Shown here: positions 1 through 7,980 of the stretch, piece after piece
Numbering within the stretch: the stretch's first letter is position 1
Layout: each line of letters begins with the position of its first letter
Position numbers and translations under genes: made by a program
The notes under the pieces: generated by a model
Database searches by the model: none
What the model saw: only the letters and a program-made list of their open reading frames with translations
Told to the model about the DNA's origin: nothing
NCBI GenBank assembly: GCA_035715145.1
Contig: DASTLH010000036.1
Span: forward strand, 1 to 48,660
Direction of reading: 5' to 3'
Source: Patescibacteria group bacterium
Lineage (GTDB): Bacteria > Patescibacteriota > Microgenomatia > Levybacterales > UBA12049
Length of the DNA: 48,660 nt

Positions 1-117
1 CGGGTCTGCCGGTGCAGCAGGTTGGCCTGGAGTTTGAGCAGGAACCTGAAAATTCATGAGCTTGTCATAAGTCTCTTGAAGTTTCGGATCAAGATCGGCA
101 GGTTTTTTAGGATCCAT
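1..117 (-). CDS. hypothetical protein, N-terminal fragment running off the left edge
   Basis: ATG at 117-115, open for 39 codons to position 1 (MDPKKPADLDPKLQETYDKLMNFQVPAQTPGQPAAPADP). Too short for the ORF track. No recognisable motif. Confidence 0.35.
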   Translation of the reverse strand, partial: MDPKKPADLDPKLQETYDKLMNFQVPAQTPGQPAAPADP

Positions 118-205
118 GTATTTATCGTATTTTTCTTTTCACTGCTTGTCAAGCTGAAGAAATAAACGCTTCCATTTTGAGCCTCAAAACGCTATACTCA
201 AAGAG

Positions 206-1108
206 ATGAAAATTGTTGTTACCCATTGTTCCCCTGACTGGGACGCTATTACTTCTGTCTGGATTATCAAACGATTCCTTCAAAATTGGGAACATGCAAA
301 AATTGTTTTTGTTCCAGCTGGTGAGAGAATCAAAGGATCACGGGCAAATGAAACACAAAAAACCATAGAGCAGATTGGTGAGGATGAGGTGATTCATGTT
401 GATACAGGTCTTGGTCCACTTGATCATCATCAGACAAGTGAAATGAGTGTTTGTGGTGCAAGTAGAACCTGGGATTACGTGAAGCAACAAAAAGCAGATG
501 CAGGGGAGAGGTGGCTCATGAAAGCAGATGCTATTGAACGAATTGTTTCTATTATTGTCGGGATAGACCATTTTCAGGAAGTCTATTGGGATAATCCTTC
601 TGCAGATTACCATGAGTTTTCTCTTTTGGGAATTTTGGAAGGTTTGAAATACCAAAAGCCAAATGAAGATGAGTTTTATACGCTTTTTGGTATGGAATGT
701 CTGGACGCGCTTTTGTACGATTTTGAAAACAGAGCATGGGCAGAAAAAGAAATTAGTGAGAAAGGAAAAGAATTTGAGACAAGATATGGAAAAGCATTAG
801 GCATTGAAACAATGAATGATACGGTTTTAAAACTTGCTCAAAAATTAGGGTTTTCAATTGTTATTCGAAAAGATCCCCGAACAGGATTTGTTCGTATTAA
901 AACGCTTCCTGTTCATGTTGGAACAAAAGCAGATAACAGTCCTGATTTCACTCTTGCGTATGAAAAACTTTCCAAAATGGATCCAGACGCCACGTGGTAT
1001 TTGCATGTGAGTAAAAAAATGCTTCTTAATGGAACTGCAAAAAATCCTAAAATGGTGCCCACCAGGTTGACACTCAGTGAGATAATAGAAGTGATAAAAC
1101 AGATATGA
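206..1108 (+). CDS. DHH-superfamily phosphoesterase-like protein
   Basis: 300-aa ORF. N-terminal HCSPDWDAI (DxD-like), VDTG and LDHHQ (DHH) motifs in canonical order. TATACT at 193-198 lies 7 nt before the ATG. Confidence 0.55.
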   Translation: MKIVVTHCSPDWDAITSVWIIKRFLQNWEHAKIVFVPAGERIKGSRANETQKTIEQIGEDEVIHVDTGLGPLDHHQTSEMSVCGASRTWDYVKQQKADAGERWLMKADAIERIVSIIVGIDHFQEVYWDNPSADYHEFSLLGILEGLKYQKPNEDEFYTLFGMECLDALLYDFENRAWAEKEISEKGKEFETRYGKALGIETMNDTVLKLAQKLGFSIVIRKDPRTGFVRIKTLPVHVGTKADNSPDFTLAYEKLSKMDPDATWYLHVSKKMLLNGTAKNPKMVPTRLTLSEIIEVIKQI

Positions 1109-1434
1109 CAGGGTGTATTTTTTGTAAAATTAGAGACAGAGAAATTCCAAAAGAATTCATCTACGAAGATGAATCTGTGATGGTTTTTCCAGATATTTCT
1201 CCTATAAGGCCAGTCCATCTTTTAATTATTCCAAAAGAACATATTCCAACTATTATGGAGCTTGAAAACAGTCAGCTTATGGACGCAGTCCATGGACTTA
1301 TTAAAAAAATGGTGCAGCAGTATGATTTAAACGAAAAGGGATTTAGAATTGTTATCAATGGAGGGGGAGCACAAGCAATAGACCATCTTCATTTTCATCT
1401 CACCGGTCCCTGGGGGGCTGCTGCAGATCTATAA
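1105..1434 (+). CDS. HIT-family (histidine triad) nucleotide hydrolase/transferase
   Basis: CIFCKI N-terminus and histidine triad HLHFHLTG. ATGA overlap with the upstream gene. Confidence 0.9.
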   Translation: MTGCIFCKIRDREIPKEFIYEDESVMVFPDISPIRPVHLLIIPKEHIPTIMELENSQLMDAVHGLIKKMVQQYDLNEKGFRIVINGGGAQAIDHLHFHLTGPWGAAADL

Positions 1435-1465
1435 CTTCTTTATCCTTTTTTTCAGCATAATTTTC

Positions 1466-1474
1466 TGCTATAAT
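1466..1474 (+). promoter_or_regulatory. extended -10 promoter (TGcTATAAT) for rpsU-ybeY
   Basis: TG at 1466-1467 and TATAAT at 1469-1474. Followed by SD GGAAGGGGGTG (1504-1514) and ATG at 1520. Confidence 0.5.
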
Positions 1475-1519
1475 ACAACAATTCCAAGTGCCAGGCACTT
1501 ATTGGAAGGGGGTGTTTTT

Positions 1520-1711
1520 ATGTTATTTGTTAAAAAACAACCGGGTGATAGTGATGATACACTCATTCGAAAATTCAGCCGAAAAGTTATGGATGCTGGT
1601 ATTGTCCAGGAAGCTAAACGACGGAAATTCCATCTTAAACCTTCTGCAGCACGAGCTCAGAAAAAACAGGATAAACGCCGAGCAAAACTTCTGCAGAGAC
1701 TTTCAGCATGA
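1520..1711 (+). CDS. rpsU: 30S ribosomal protein S21
   Basis: 63-aa basic protein, MLFVKKQPGDSDDTLIRKFSRKV...KRRKFHLKPS...KRRAK, typical S21. Start moved to ATG 1520 behind a strong SD. Confidence 0.85.
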   Translation: MLFVKKQPGDSDDTLIRKFSRKVMDAGIVQEAKRRKFHLKPSAARAQKKQDKRRAKLLQRLSA

Positions 1712-2094
1712 GTAACCTTTCTGTTCTTCTTTTTGTAGAAAGCAGGTACAAACTTGACCGAAAACGCGTTAAAGGTACTGTTGCGAGCGTACTCGCAAGC
1801 AATAATGTTGTCGGGCCAGTTGAGGTATCTATTGCATTTGTTGGTAGTCGTAAAATGAAAGCTCTTTCCAAAAAGTTTAAAGGAGATGATAAAGATAGAA
1901 ATATTTTGTCTTTTCCTCTTTCAGAAGGAGAACCAACCGTCCTACCAACAGACAAACTTAGATTGGGAGATATTGTCATCTCGTATCCCTACGTTATTAA
2001 AGAAGCAGCAGAATATGAGATGCTGGTTGATGACAGAATTGAAGAATTGGTAGAACACGGGCTTTCTCATCTTTTGGGAATCCATCACGAATAA
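1708..2094 (+). CDS. ybeY: rRNA maturation endoribonuclease YbeY
   Basis: C-terminal zinc motif HGLSHLLGIHH (H-x3-H-x5-H). ATGA overlap with rpsU. Confidence 0.9.
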   Translation: MSNLSVLLFVESRYKLDRKRVKGTVASVLASNNVVGPVEVSIAFVGSRKMKALSKKFKGDDKDRNILSFPLSEGEPTVLPTDKLRLGDIVISYPYVIKEAAEYEMLVDDRIEELVEHGLSHLLGIHHE

Positions 2095-2474
2095 TGCTAG
2101 AAAAATTGTTTCCGATACTTCGTTTGCCGTTTGGTCTGGCTTTAACTCAAGTTACATTTCTTCCTGGAGCTGTTCAGCATTTACAACTTTCACGCAACAG
2201 TTCAATGCAGCCAACAGAGGATCCAAATGTTCTTCGCGTTCCTGATGGGAAGCATCTTGGAGTGAGAAGAATTTACCCTGACGGGCATACGGGTCCGTGG
2301 GTAAATATTCATGATGATAATCCTCGCGGAGCGCTTCCCGGGCAATCACAGATAGGTGTTCAATCCCCAGAAGGGCATCAGCACGTTGGAGAGGTTGAAA
2401 AAAATGGGATTTGGCAGGGGAATGTTGGTGATATTGGGGTCATCGTTGAGTATCTTGGCCGTCAAGAGTCGTAA
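2094..2474 (+). CDS. hypothetical protein with atypical Gly/Pro/His/Gln-rich composition and no Cys
   Basis: 126-aa ORF whose ATG overlaps the ybeY stop (TAATG). By hand count, about 35% G at codon position 1 and about 66% A/T at position 3. The minus strand also carries two ORFs here, so the coding strand is not certain. Confidence 0.4.
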   Translation: MLEKLFPILRLPFGLALTQVTFLPGAVQHLQLSRNSSMQPTEDPNVLRVPDGKHLGVRRIYPDGHTGPWVNIHDDNPRGALPGQSQIGVQSPEGHQHVGEVEKNGIWQGNVGDIGVIVEYLGRQES

Positions 2475-2490
2475 AGCTTGTCCTTCTCCA

Positions 2491-2519
2491 TTGACCCAAA
2501 GGGGTTTTCCTGCTTTAAT
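2491..2519 (+). promoter_or_regulatory. sigma70-type promoter upstream of dnaX
   Basis: TTGACC (2491-2496), 17-nt spacer, TGcTTTAAT with the -10 at 2514-2519. It lies 15 nt upstream of ATG 2535. Confidence 0.5.
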
Positions 2520-2534
2520 TGAGTGTACTTCATT

Positions 2535-4043
2535 ATGGTCTATTACAGAAAATACCGTCCACAAACACTTTTAGATTTAGATAGTGTCAAAGTTCAGCAA
2601 ACACTGACATCTGTTTTGTCAGCAAAGGAAATTCCTCACGCATTTTTGTTTACCGGACCAAAAGGACTTGGTAAAACTTCAACAGCCAGAATTGTGGCCA
2701 AAGTGGTTAATTGTCTTAATAGAAAAGAGGGAAGTGCTCAACCGTGCAACGAGTGCGATCAGTGCCTTTCAATTACTAATGGCAGCAACATTGATGTTTT
2801 AGAAATTGATGGTGCGTCCAATAGAGGAATTGATGAGATACGTGATTTGCGTGATAAAGTAAAACTCTCTCCATCGTCTGCAAAGAAAAAAGTTTACATT
2901 ATAGATGAAGTGCATATGCTCACAACAGAAGCTTTCAATGCGCTTCTTAAAACCATTGAGGAGCCACCAGCCCATGTGATGTTTATTTTTTGTACCACAG
3001 AACCACAAAAAGTTCCGGCAACAATAATTTCTCGTTGTTTTCATATCTCATTTGAAAGAGCAACAGAAAAAGATATTGTTCATTCTCTCAAGCGTATTGT
3101 AGCTGGTGAAAAATTAGATATCGAGGAGAGTGTTTTGGAAATGATTGCCGGTTTTGCTGATGGAGGATTTCGAGATGCTGCAAAAATTTTAGAAGAGCTA
3201 GTGCTTTTGGCAAATGGAGAAAAAATAACGCAAGAATTTGCCCAAAATCATTATAAAACTTCAAATGTTATCTCCTTTGTGTATACACTTCTTTCTTCTC
3301 TTACTACATCTCCTGTGCAATTAAAAGAAAGTTTGACGCTTGTTGAAGAAATGGTGCAGCAGGGAATTGATATGAAATTTTTTATCTCCCAAATTTTATC
3401 TGTCCTTCATACCTTGCTTTTGTCCCAGATGGACGTAGAGGCAAAATCCACAAGTATTCCTGAAAATCTTCAAGTGAGTCCTCAAAGTATTAGTGTATTA
3501 AACAGCTTGTTCTCTGATGCATATCAAAAAATAAAATATTCACCCCTTCCTCAATTACCTCTTGAGCTTGCAATTGTTGCCTGGTCTTCTTCTCAAGAGT
3601 CTCGTGAAGAAGGAGAAACAATTATGCTGACTCCTCAGACATCGGTAGTCATTAAATCACAACCAACTATTGAAGCATTATTAAAAAAAGAACGAACACT
3701 AAAGGTAAGAAGTATTATTGACGGGAAAAAAGAGGAAAAAGCTCCAGAAAAAGATGTGCCAACCCATACGCAGGCAGCAATAAAATCAGATATTGACCCT
3801 AAGGCTTCATTCATGGAAAATATAATCTATAAGGTGAAGTCTCAAAATCATTCTCTTGCTGGTGTTTTGCGAGGATGTGATATAAAAGTTGCAGATGATA
3901 CGCAGCTGGTGATTGAAACAGCATATAAATTTCATAAAGAGCGACTGGATGATAAAAGTGCAAAAGATATTTTGGAAAAAGCAGTTAAGGAAATTAGCGG
4001 AAAACCATTAAAAGTAGTTATAGAATTAAAGGAGGTGAAGTAA
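2535..4043 (+). CDS. dnaX: DNA polymerase III subunit gamma/tau
   Basis: MVYYRKYRPQTL N-terminus, Walker A GPKGLGKTS, zinc module CNECDQC, Walker B YIIDEVHML, sensor SRC. The GTG at 2523 was replaced by ATG 2535. Confidence 0.93.
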   Translation: MVYYRKYRPQTLLDLDSVKVQQTLTSVLSAKEIPHAFLFTGPKGLGKTSTARIVAKVVNCLNRKEGSAQPCNECDQCLSITNGSNIDVLEIDGASNRGIDEIRDLRDKVKLSPSSAKKKVYIIDEVHMLTTEAFNALLKTIEEPPAHVMFIFCTTEPQKVPATIISRCFHISFERATEKDIVHSLKRIVAGEKLDIEESVLEMIAGFADGGFRDAAKILEELVLLANGEKITQEFAQNHYKTSNVISFVYTLLSSLTTSPVQLKESLTLVEEMVQQGIDMKFFISQILSVLHTLLLSQMDVEAKSTSIPENLQVSPQSISVLNSLFSDAYQKIKYSPLPQLPLELAIVAWSSSQESREEGETIMLTPQTSVVIKSQPTIEALLKKERTLKVRSIIDGKKEEKAPEKDVPTHTQAAIKSDIDPKASFMENIIYKVKSQNHSLAGVLRGCDIKVADDTQLVIETAYKFHKERLDDKSAKDILEKAVKEISGKPLKVVIELKEVK

Positions 4044-4044
4044 T

Positions 4045-4326
4045 ATGATGAATCCATTTCAACAACTTGGTGACTTAAAGAAAATGAGAGATCAGGCAAT
4101 GGCAATCCAAAAAGAACTCCAGAAAGAAGAAATTAGCGTTGATTCTCACGGTGTTCAGATACTCATTACCGGTGATCAGAAAATTATTTCAATTTCTACC
4201 AACGGAAAGTCAGACAATGATATTAAAGACGCAATCAATGACGCAGTTAAAAAATCACAAGAAGCTGCTGCTAGAAAACTAGCATCAATGGGCGGTGGTT
4301 TGGGAGGACTTCTCGGAGGAAAATAA
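4045..4326 (+). CDS. ybaB: YbaB/EbfC nucleoid-associated protein
   Basis: 93 aa with LKKMRDQAMAIQKELQKEE...V.I.ITGDQKI..I pattern. Conserved dnaX-ybaB-recR neighbourhood. SD AAGGAGGTGA lies upstream. Confidence 0.85.
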   Translation: MMNPFQQLGDLKKMRDQAMAIQKELQKEEISVDSHGVQILITGDQKIISISTNGKSDNDIKDAINDAVKKSQEAAARKLASMGGGLGGLLGGK

Positions 4327-4338
4327 GTCCTATTGTGT

Positions 4339-5274
4339 ATGAAACTATTTAGCGGAAGCGCAAATCCTTTTCTTGCAGAGCATATTGCTGTGGAGTTGTC
4401 GGTGCATGTTTCACCAACTGACATCCATGTTTTTCCTGATGGAGAACGACGGGTCAGACTTTCTGAATCTGTGGTGGGAGAAAACGTTGTGTTAATTCAA
4501 TCGATTGCTTCTCCTGTGGACAGTAATTACATGGAGCTTTTCTTCACAATTGATGGAGCAAAGAGAAGTGGAGCAGAAAGTATTACAGCTGTTATTCCGT
4601 ATTTTGGCTATCAAAGACAGGATCATGTTTTTCGAGATGGCGAGGCAGTTTCTCTTGAGGTAGTAGTTAAAATTTTGGAGAGTTTGGGAATTACGAAAAT
4701 GATTAGCATTGATATGCACACTCCAAAAATTCCTGATTTGTTTTCTGTTCCGGTTGCTCATTTATCTGCACTTTCTTTGTTTGCAAAAAAAATTCAGGAG
4801 TTGGGTTGGGACAAAGAAGATTGCGTGCTGGTGTCCCCAGATATGGGAGGAATACGAAGGATAAAAGCTCTTTCAGAAATGCTTGGAGGAATGAGTTTTG
4901 CTGCCATAGAAAAAAATCGAGATTTGGAAAGTGGAGTTGTTGTTTCAACTGGTTTTGGGGAGGGGAGTGTTGCAGGGAAAAAACGGGCAATTGTTGTTGA
5001 TGATATGGTTTCAAGTGGAAAAACTCTTGTTTCAGCAGGAGAGGTTTTAAAACAAGCCGGAATTGAAAAAATGATTACGTTTGCAACTCATCCAATCTTT
5101 GCAGAAGATGCTCCTGAAATTCTTGAAAAAAGTTTGTTTGAAAAAGTGTTTGTCACAGATACAGTTGTTGTCCCTCAAGAAAAACAATTTCCAAAGCTGA
5201 CAATTATGTCTGTTGCGTCTCTTATTGCTCACGAACTAAAAAATCCTACCCAAACCAATTATCCGTTGCTCTAA
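4339..5274 (+). CDS. prs: ribose-phosphate pyrophosphokinase
   Basis: MKLFSGSANP N-terminus, YFGYQRQD, VSPDMGG, and PRPP-binding loop VVDDMVSSGKT. Confidence 0.9.
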   Translation: MKLFSGSANPFLAEHIAVELSVHVSPTDIHVFPDGERRVRLSESVVGENVVLIQSIASPVDSNYMELFFTIDGAKRSGAESITAVIPYFGYQRQDHVFRDGEAVSLEVVVKILESLGITKMISIDMHTPKIPDLFSVPVAHLSALSLFAKKIQELGWDKEDCVLVSPDMGGIRRIKALSEMLGGMSFAAIEKNRDLESGVVVSTGFGEGSVAGKKRAIVVDDMVSSGKTLVSAGEVLKQAGIEKMITFATHPIFAEDAPEILEKSLFEKVFVTDTVVVPQEKQFPKLTIMSVASLIAHELKNPTQTNYPLL

Positions 5275-5278
5275 AAGG

Positions 5279-5287
5279 TGCTATAAT
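5279..5287 (+). promoter_or_regulatory. extended -10 (TGcTATAAT) 8 nt upstream of the recR ATG; implies a leaderless transcript
   Basis: TATAAT at 5282-5287, ATG at 5296, no SD between them. Confidence 0.5.
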
Positions 5288-5295
5288 CAACATCT

Positions 5296-5907
5296 ATGAA
5301 AATTCCCAAAGCTATTGTCCATCTCATCGAATCATTTGAAAAACTTCCTGGAGTTGGTCCAAAATCAGCTCAACGTTTGACGTTTTATTTGCTCCATGTT
5401 CCTCAGACAGAATTAGATACGTTTGCCAGTGCACTTTCACAATTAAAGAAAGATACTCTTTTGTGTTCTGTGTGTTTATCAATTGATGAAACAGATCCCT
5501 GCAGCGTTTGCTCAGACTCTGCTCGGGACAAACGTGTTGTTTGTGTTGTTGAACAGCCTCTTGATGTTATTGCTCTTGAAAAAAGTGGAAAGTATAAAGG
5601 TATCTATCATGTGTTGCATGGAAAAATTGATCCGTTGAATAATATTGGACCTGATGAGATTTATACTGCAAAATTATTGGAGCGGGTTAAAAATTCTTCA
5701 GAGATAGAAGAGATTATTTTAGCTACCAATCCAACAATGGAAGGGGAGGCAACTGCCATGTATTTAGCAAGGCAACTGAAAGTACTTGCTCCTGAGGTAA
5801 AAGTAACCAGAATTGGACGAGGACTTCCTGTGGGAGCAGATTTAGAATATGCAGATGATATAACACTTCAGCGTGCAATGGAAGGCAGAAGCGAATTTGG
5901 TGCCTAA
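5296..5907 (+). CDS. recR: recombination protein RecR
   Basis: HhH motif LPGVGPKSAQRL, C4 zinc finger CSVC...CSVC, and Toprim region VCVVEQPLDV. Confidence 0.93.
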   Translation: MKIPKAIVHLIESFEKLPGVGPKSAQRLTFYLLHVPQTELDTFASALSQLKKDTLLCSVCLSIDETDPCSVCSDSARDKRVVCVVEQPLDVIALEKSGKYKGIYHVLHGKIDPLNNIGPDEIYTAKLLERVKNSSEIEEIILATNPTMEGEATAMYLARQLKVLAPEVKVTRIGRGLPVGADLEYADDITLQRAMEGRSEFGA

Positions 5908-5933
5908 AACATCTAGCTTGAAGGAAACTCCTG

Positions 5934-5942
5934 TGATACAAT
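5934..5942 (+). promoter_or_regulatory. extended -10 (TGaTACAAT) 6 nt upstream of the nadD ATG
   Basis: TACAAT at 5937-5942, ATG at 5949, no SD. Confidence 0.45.
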
Positions 5943-5948
5943 TTCCCC

Positions 5949-6530
5949 ATGCAAATTGCACTTTTTGGCGGGCGCTTTGACCCTATTCACAATGGCCATT
6001 TGGCAATTGCCCAGGAAGTTTTGCGATCTGCCCCCTCAGTTGATGAAGTCTGGTTGGTGCCGGATAATCACCACCACTGGAACCCCACTGTTGCTTCTCC
6101 CAAACAACGACTGGAAATGCTCACTCTTGTACAAACCGATAAAATTAAGGCAAATGATATCGGAATTCAAGTGTCTCACCTGCGAGATGGTATGACGGCA
6201 ACCATTGACGTTATTCGTGAGCTTCAAAAAAAAACAAAAAACACGTATATTTTTATTGCCGGATCAGATCAATTGCCCAGACTTTCTGAATGGACAGATT
6301 ATAAAGAACTTACCATGAGATTGCCATTTCTGATTGTTCCAAGAAAAGGGCATACCCTTAAAGGAAATTTGCCGGATAATTGTTTTTGGTTGACTGATAA
6401 AGAATACGAACCTTTAGAAGATAGCGCAACTCGGGTGAGAGAGCGCCTTGCTAATGGGCAATCAATTTCTGATCTTGTTCCAAAATCTGTAGAAGATTAT
6501 ATTAAAAAACATCACTTATATGGAGCTTAA
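5949..6530 (+). CDS. nadD: nicotinate-nucleotide adenylyltransferase
   Basis: GGRFDPIHNGH (HxGH nucleotidyltransferase motif) and a C-terminal ISDLVP...V..YI motif. Confidence 0.9.
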   Translation: MQIALFGGRFDPIHNGHLAIAQEVLRSAPSVDEVWLVPDNHHHWNPTVASPKQRLEMLTLVQTDKIKANDIGIQVSHLRDGMTATIDVIRELQKKTKNTYIFIAGSDQLPRLSEWTDYKELTMRLPFLIVPRKGHTLKGNLPDNCFWLTDKEYEPLEDSATRVRERLANGQSISDLVPKSVEDYIKKHHLYGA

Positions 6531-7296
6531 TTATCAAAAGAAAACAGAAGAAATTATTTCCTGGCTTGAACAAACAGTTGCTGCTACTGGGCTCAAGAAA
6601 GTAGTTGTTGCAGTGTCTGGGGGTATTGATAGTGCAACGTCTCTTGCCCTTTGTGTAAAAGCTTTTGGGAAAGAAAATGTGTTTGCCATTTGTTTGCCGT
6701 ATGGGAAAATGAGCATAAAAGCAACAGAAGATGCAAAGCTTTTGATATCTTCTCTTGGCATTCCAAAAGAGCAGGTATTTGAGCGGGATATTTATACAGT
6801 TGCCAGTAAAATCATACAGCAGGTTGATGAAAACATGAGTGACATACGAAAAGGGAATATTATGGCTCGGGTGAGAATGATTTTTTTGTATGATTTGGCA
6901 AAACAAATGAATGGCCTTGTCGTTGGAACCGAAAATAAAACAGAGCATTTTTTAGGGTATTTTACCCGTTTTGGTGATGAGGCATCAGATATCGAACCGA
7001 TAAAATCTTTATACAAAACCCAAGTGTGGGAAGTGGCAAAGTATTTGAAAATTCCAGAGGAAATTATTTCTAATGCGCCAAGTGCCGGGCTGTGGGAAGG
7101 ACAAACTGATGAGAGAGAATTTGGGTTTTCTTACAAAGATGCAGATCGAATTCTCTTCCATTATTTTGATGAAGAGCTTCCCCGTGAAGCAATTGTTGCT
7201 TTGGGATTTAAAAAGGAATTGATAGATACGGTTTTGGGGTGGGTTGAAAAAAATGATTTTAAACATCATCTCCCAAAAGTTTTTGAAGAGAAATAG
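6520..7296 (+). CDS. nadE: NH3-dependent NAD+ synthetase
   Basis: PP-loop SGGIDSA, plus GTENKTE..LGYFT.FGD. Overlaps nadD by 11 nt. Confidence 0.9.
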   Translation: MELNYQKKTEEIISWLEQTVAATGLKKVVVAVSGGIDSATSLALCVKAFGKENVFAICLPYGKMSIKATEDAKLLISSLGIPKEQVFERDIYTVASKIIQQVDENMSDIRKGNIMARVRMIFLYDLAKQMNGLVVGTENKTEHFLGYFTRFGDEASDIEPIKSLYKTQVWEVAKYLKIPEEIISNAPSAGLWEGQTDEREFGFSYKDADRILFHYFDEELPREAIVALGFKKELIDTVLGWVEKNDFKHHLPKVFEEK

Positions 7297-7343
7297 CTAA
7301 TCTTCTTTGCTTGGAATTCTTCTTTTTGATACACTAGACTCAT

Positions 7344-7943
7344 ATGGCAAATGGACTCGGTGGCACAGGTGGTGGATTTGGTGAAACTATTTTTGATGCA
7401 ACAAAAAAAGCTGTTGGTCAGCAGGTAAAACAGACTGGTCAGGCAATTGTTCAGCAGGTAACCGGTAAGCCAGTTGGTGGAACCTTTACTATGCCACAAG
7501 GCGGAGGACAACCTCAGGGATTGCCGTCTCTAGATAATTTTGGAGATATTAATGCACTCTTTGAAAAAAACGCACCAACGCAAAAACCAACATCTCCTTT
7601 TGGAAGTGCTCCTGCCGCGCAGCAACCCCCTCAGCAGACGGCGCAAATGACCAGCCAACAACAGGCAGAAGACGCTCAAAAAATTGCACAATTGACCTCA
7701 GAGCTTCATCAATTATATGCAAAAGATGTTATGGAATCAGGAGAAAGAGCACTAGAAAAAGAAAGAAAATATCTTGAAGAGCAGCGTCAGGCAGATGCGC
7801 AAAACGACGCAGAAAAGAAAGCTCAAACACAACAAAGTGGTGATTTATTTGTTGCACCAGGAGCGATGGGACCAGGGCAAATGACTGGTGCTCCTCAGGT
7901 CACCAGTGCAACCAGGTCTGGAGAGGCCAAGCATTCAGAATAA
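7344..7943 (+). CDS. hypothetical low-complexity Gly/Gln/Pro-rich protein with a C-terminal coiled-coil segment
   Basis: 199-aa ORF. TGaTACACT (7327-7335) lies 8 nt before the ATG. No catalytic motif. Confidence 0.6.
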   Translation: MANGLGGTGGGFGETIFDATKKAVGQQVKQTGQAIVQQVTGKPVGGTFTMPQGGGQPQGLPSLDNFGDINALFEKNAPTQKPTSPFGSAPAAQQPPQQTAQMTSQQQAEDAQKIAQLTSELHQLYAKDVMESGERALEKERKYLEEQRQADAQNDAEKKAQTQQSGDLFVAPGAMGPGQMTGAPQVTSATRSGEAKHSE

Positions 7944-7980
7944 CCTTGTTTTTAGCTTCTAAAGCAGCTATCATATCTGC

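Noticed and set aside
1488-1715. 75-aa ORF overlapping rpsU in another frame
   Set aside because: The S21 frame has the family signature and an SD. This frame has neither.
2094-2534. SRP (4.5S/scRNA) or RNase P RNA upstream of dnaX, as in the Bacillus scr-dnaX-yaaK-recR arrangement
   Set aside because: I searched both strands by eye for the conserved GGAAGCAGCC-type helix-8 motif and the GAAAGTCC P4 motif. Neither is present.
2152-2564. Two minus-strand ORFs (72 aa and 65 aa, GTGA overlap), considered as a toxin-antitoxin pair or an S4/YefM-like small protein
   Set aside because: The first can start only at a TTG lying 30 nt inside dnaX, with no alternative start codon downstream. Motif resemblance was weak, and third-position A/T bias is lower than in the plus frame. 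I left the region unresolved rather than annotating these ORFs.
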